Assembly: GCF_020745735.1 (NCBI RefSeq)
Contig: NC_083404.1
Location: 89,031,731-89,095,730 of the forward strand
Origin: Hemiscyllium ocellatum
Taxonomy: Eukaryota
Direction: 5' to 3'
Length of the DNA stretch: 64,000 nt
Part shown: piece after piece, positions 61,481-64,000 of the stretch
How the letters are laid out: each line of letters starts with the position of its first letter
How positions within the stretch are numbered: position 1 is the stretch's first letter
The notes under the pieces: generated by a model
Seen by the model: only the letters and a program-made list of their open reading frames with translations
What the model was told of the DNA's origin: nothing
Database searches by the model: none
Program-made: the position numbers and the translations under genes

Positions 61481-62393
61481 ACCAACATATAATAGCCTGG
61501 TTTGAGTGTTTATTAATGAAGTGAAAATAGAGATAAGGAATAAATGGCCACATACGAGTTGGCAAATTATAACCTAATGAGTCAATTGAACATTCGGCTT
61601 GTAGTTGGATTAACTTTCAACATATGTCACATGCATATTCACCAGTGAACAGCTTTCACCAGTTCTTAATTGGACTCCTAATTTAAAGGCTCTGGTGCTC
61701 AGAAAACAAAAAAAAGGATCTGGGGCTGACAAAGACTCTCACTTAGTACTTTTCTTTCCTTTTCTAACATATCTTGACCTTCTAACTAGCAACCCATCAA
61801 CTCTTAACCAATCATACATTGGCATTGATAGAGGTTATGAAGATATTTTCCTGATTTCGTTATGTCAACGTACTGTCTGATAAGAAAATTAAAACAGTGA
61901 ATGTATAATATAGATCTCTTTGCAGATTCTGTTAAGGACATCTCTAAAAACTATTCTGCTGCATTAAGAAATTGATGACAGGGTGCCGCCATGAGATGAT
62001 GCATATAAATAATTAATTTCGTATAAAGGCAAGATGGGATTACTGGAAGTGGATAGACAGTTTCTCATAAAACCATACATATTAGAGTAGGAAATATGAT
62101 CATATGGTTTATGGAAAGAGATTGCAAAGAATAGGTGAGGAGGGGTAAAACACATCCCCCCTTCTTAACCCATTTGGTTGGCCACAACAAAAAAATTATA
62201 TTCTTTTTAGCATGCAGCTATTAACACTTCAATTCAAAATGGAATTAACTGAATCAAAATACAGGAACTAATTACAAGGTTGCCTTGTGTGAAAGAATTT
62301 TGTTTACCTGCTAATCCTGAGAATAATAATACAATGCATAAAATTTACACACTAGGAAAGGTACAATATCTAAGAAAGGGACAGCTTCTAATA

Positions 62394-62620
62394 CAATTCC
62401 TCCCAAGCTTTTAGCCATTGTCATCCTATTTTAATTCTTGAAATTTTCCATAACCCCTTGGTGATAACTGAGAGGAGAGCAGAGGAAGGCAAAATACCAG
62501 TGAGAATGGGGTGAGGGAGACGTAGAGCTCCACATTGGCTATTGCAGCCTTGAAGCATGTAACCCAAAATATCAGCTCATGACCCCATTTGGATATTGAC
62601 CCCCAATTTTGGGAAGACCT
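62394..62620. mobile_element. Possible hAT/Charlie-type MITE
   Basis: Weak TIRs CAATTCCTCCCAA / TTGGGAAGACCTG; flanks TTCTAATA and GTCTGGTA resemble NTCTAGAN. Confidence 0.35.
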
Positions 62621-63189
62621 GGTCTGGTATCAAAGGAAGATACAAATTATGCAGTTCAAGAATTTCTCCATTTTTTTGTGTTCATTGAACCTGAGACCAT
62701 GACTATTTAATTCCTGTCTTGTATCACCACTGGTAGCACAAGTTTTAGAATTCCTGAGCTCTTTGTGAATGCTGTGTTTCTGATTTCTTTTATCAACAAA
62801 AATGACATTTGAAATGATGAGAAGGGAACAAGGGGAGAAAGAAGGAGGGTGAATATTCCACACCCTTGGTGTTACTAATTCATTTTCTCTCTTGTTATTT
62901 GCTGTTCTGTCTTGAAACATTGATCATTTGTGTATTCCAGAGTTTGGCTCCATCATTATGCAAAGCTGGGTAATTGCTAAAGACCATTTCATCTCCAATA
63001 TATGCAACCTCTCATATGAGTGTAAATAAAACAGCAGTGGAAGTTTCAATGTCTTTAGATAAAATTATGATTTTAGTTCAGGCAGTTTTGATTATTCTAT
63101 ATTGCTTTCCTGAGCATGCCTTAATCTGTAGTTAGGTGATAATTGCTGCCATTTCTGGGTAATCATTTTTATTTTCTAAATCTAATTTT

Positions 63190-63484
63190 AGACTAGATTC
63201 CCTACAGTGTGGAAACAGGCCCTTCGGCTCAACCAGTCCATACTGACCCTCTGAAGAATAACCCACCCAGACCCATTTCCCCTCTGACTAATGCACCAAC
63301 ACTAGGGGTAATTTAGCATGGCTAATTCACCTGACTTGCACATCTTTGGACTGTGAGAAGAAACCGGAGCACCCAGAGGAAGAATGTGCAAACTCCACAC
63401 AGACAGTTGCCCGAGGCTGGAATCAAACCTGGGACCCTGGTGCTGTGAGATAGCAGTGCTAACCACTGAGCCACCATGCCACCC
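63190..63484 (-). mobile_element. HE1-type SINE
   Basis: Tail junction GATTCCCTACAGTGTGGAAACAGG, V-domain with a small deletion, tRNA head. Confidence 0.92.
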
Positions 63485-64000
63485 TAGACCATTAAGGTTT
63501 TGAAATCAGATGATGGAATTTGAAAATTGCTTTGATATTTTATCACACCTTATCAACTCCCAAACATGAGAAACATATGCAAAAAATTGTGTGGAAATGT
63601 ATAGGGTGTTTAGGGGTGGAGTGGAGGTAGAGCGGTTGGATACCCCTGGAGAAAAATGGATGCTAGCTAAGGGATGAAGAATACGCCTGCCAGGCAGTAA
63701 TTGACTACAGTTAGAGTGGTAGAGAGTGAATCTTGCATCTTTCAGTGGAACTTCCACCACTCCCCCCACCCCAGGTCAAATTGGCCAGCTACTCAAACAA
63801 TCCTGGCAGCATCACAGCTCCATAATGAATGCCACCACGGCTGTAACCAGTCCAAGGATGAATGCTCAATGGGTTTTCCCACATGCAGATTATTAAGGTG
63901 CAGTGGGTGAAGAGGTTATTGCCAGTGTACAGAGGGGTAGAAAATGGTGCCAATGGTGAACTTGAAAGTCCATTTGGATAGGAAGGTAGGCAGTTACTAT

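Overview
AT-rich vertebrate genomic DNA, almost certainly from a shark or ray. This rests on the HE1-type V-SINEs, several CR1 LINE families and GC-rich Penelope-like elements (PLEs); the species cannot be determined. No intact host protein-coding gene is recognisable. Every long ORF in the track is a decayed retroelement fragment or its antisense shadow. Roughly half the window is transposon-derived: CR1, an L2/CR1-group LINE, Rex1/Babar, at least four PLE or PLE-derived families, HE1 and Deu-domain SINEs, a probable solo LTR, Tc1/mariner MITEs and a Harbinger transposase remnant. Retroelements lie mostly on the minus strand (8 of 8 HE1), which suggests an intron of a plus-strand transcript; a few plus-strand exon candidates exist. 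The most interesting structures are four. (1) Minimal hammerhead-ribozyme motifs sit in the PLE termini. (2) Three ~200-bp fold-back mini-elements are built only from the PLE terminus, two with 15-16 bp target duplications, and all three invert at the ribozyme. (3) One CR1 insertion appears to have swapped templated sequence with a site ~0.7-1.1 kb away. (4) One CR1 insertion is a clean twin-priming type. Boundaries of old repeats are approximate, and family names come from recognised motifs, not a database search.
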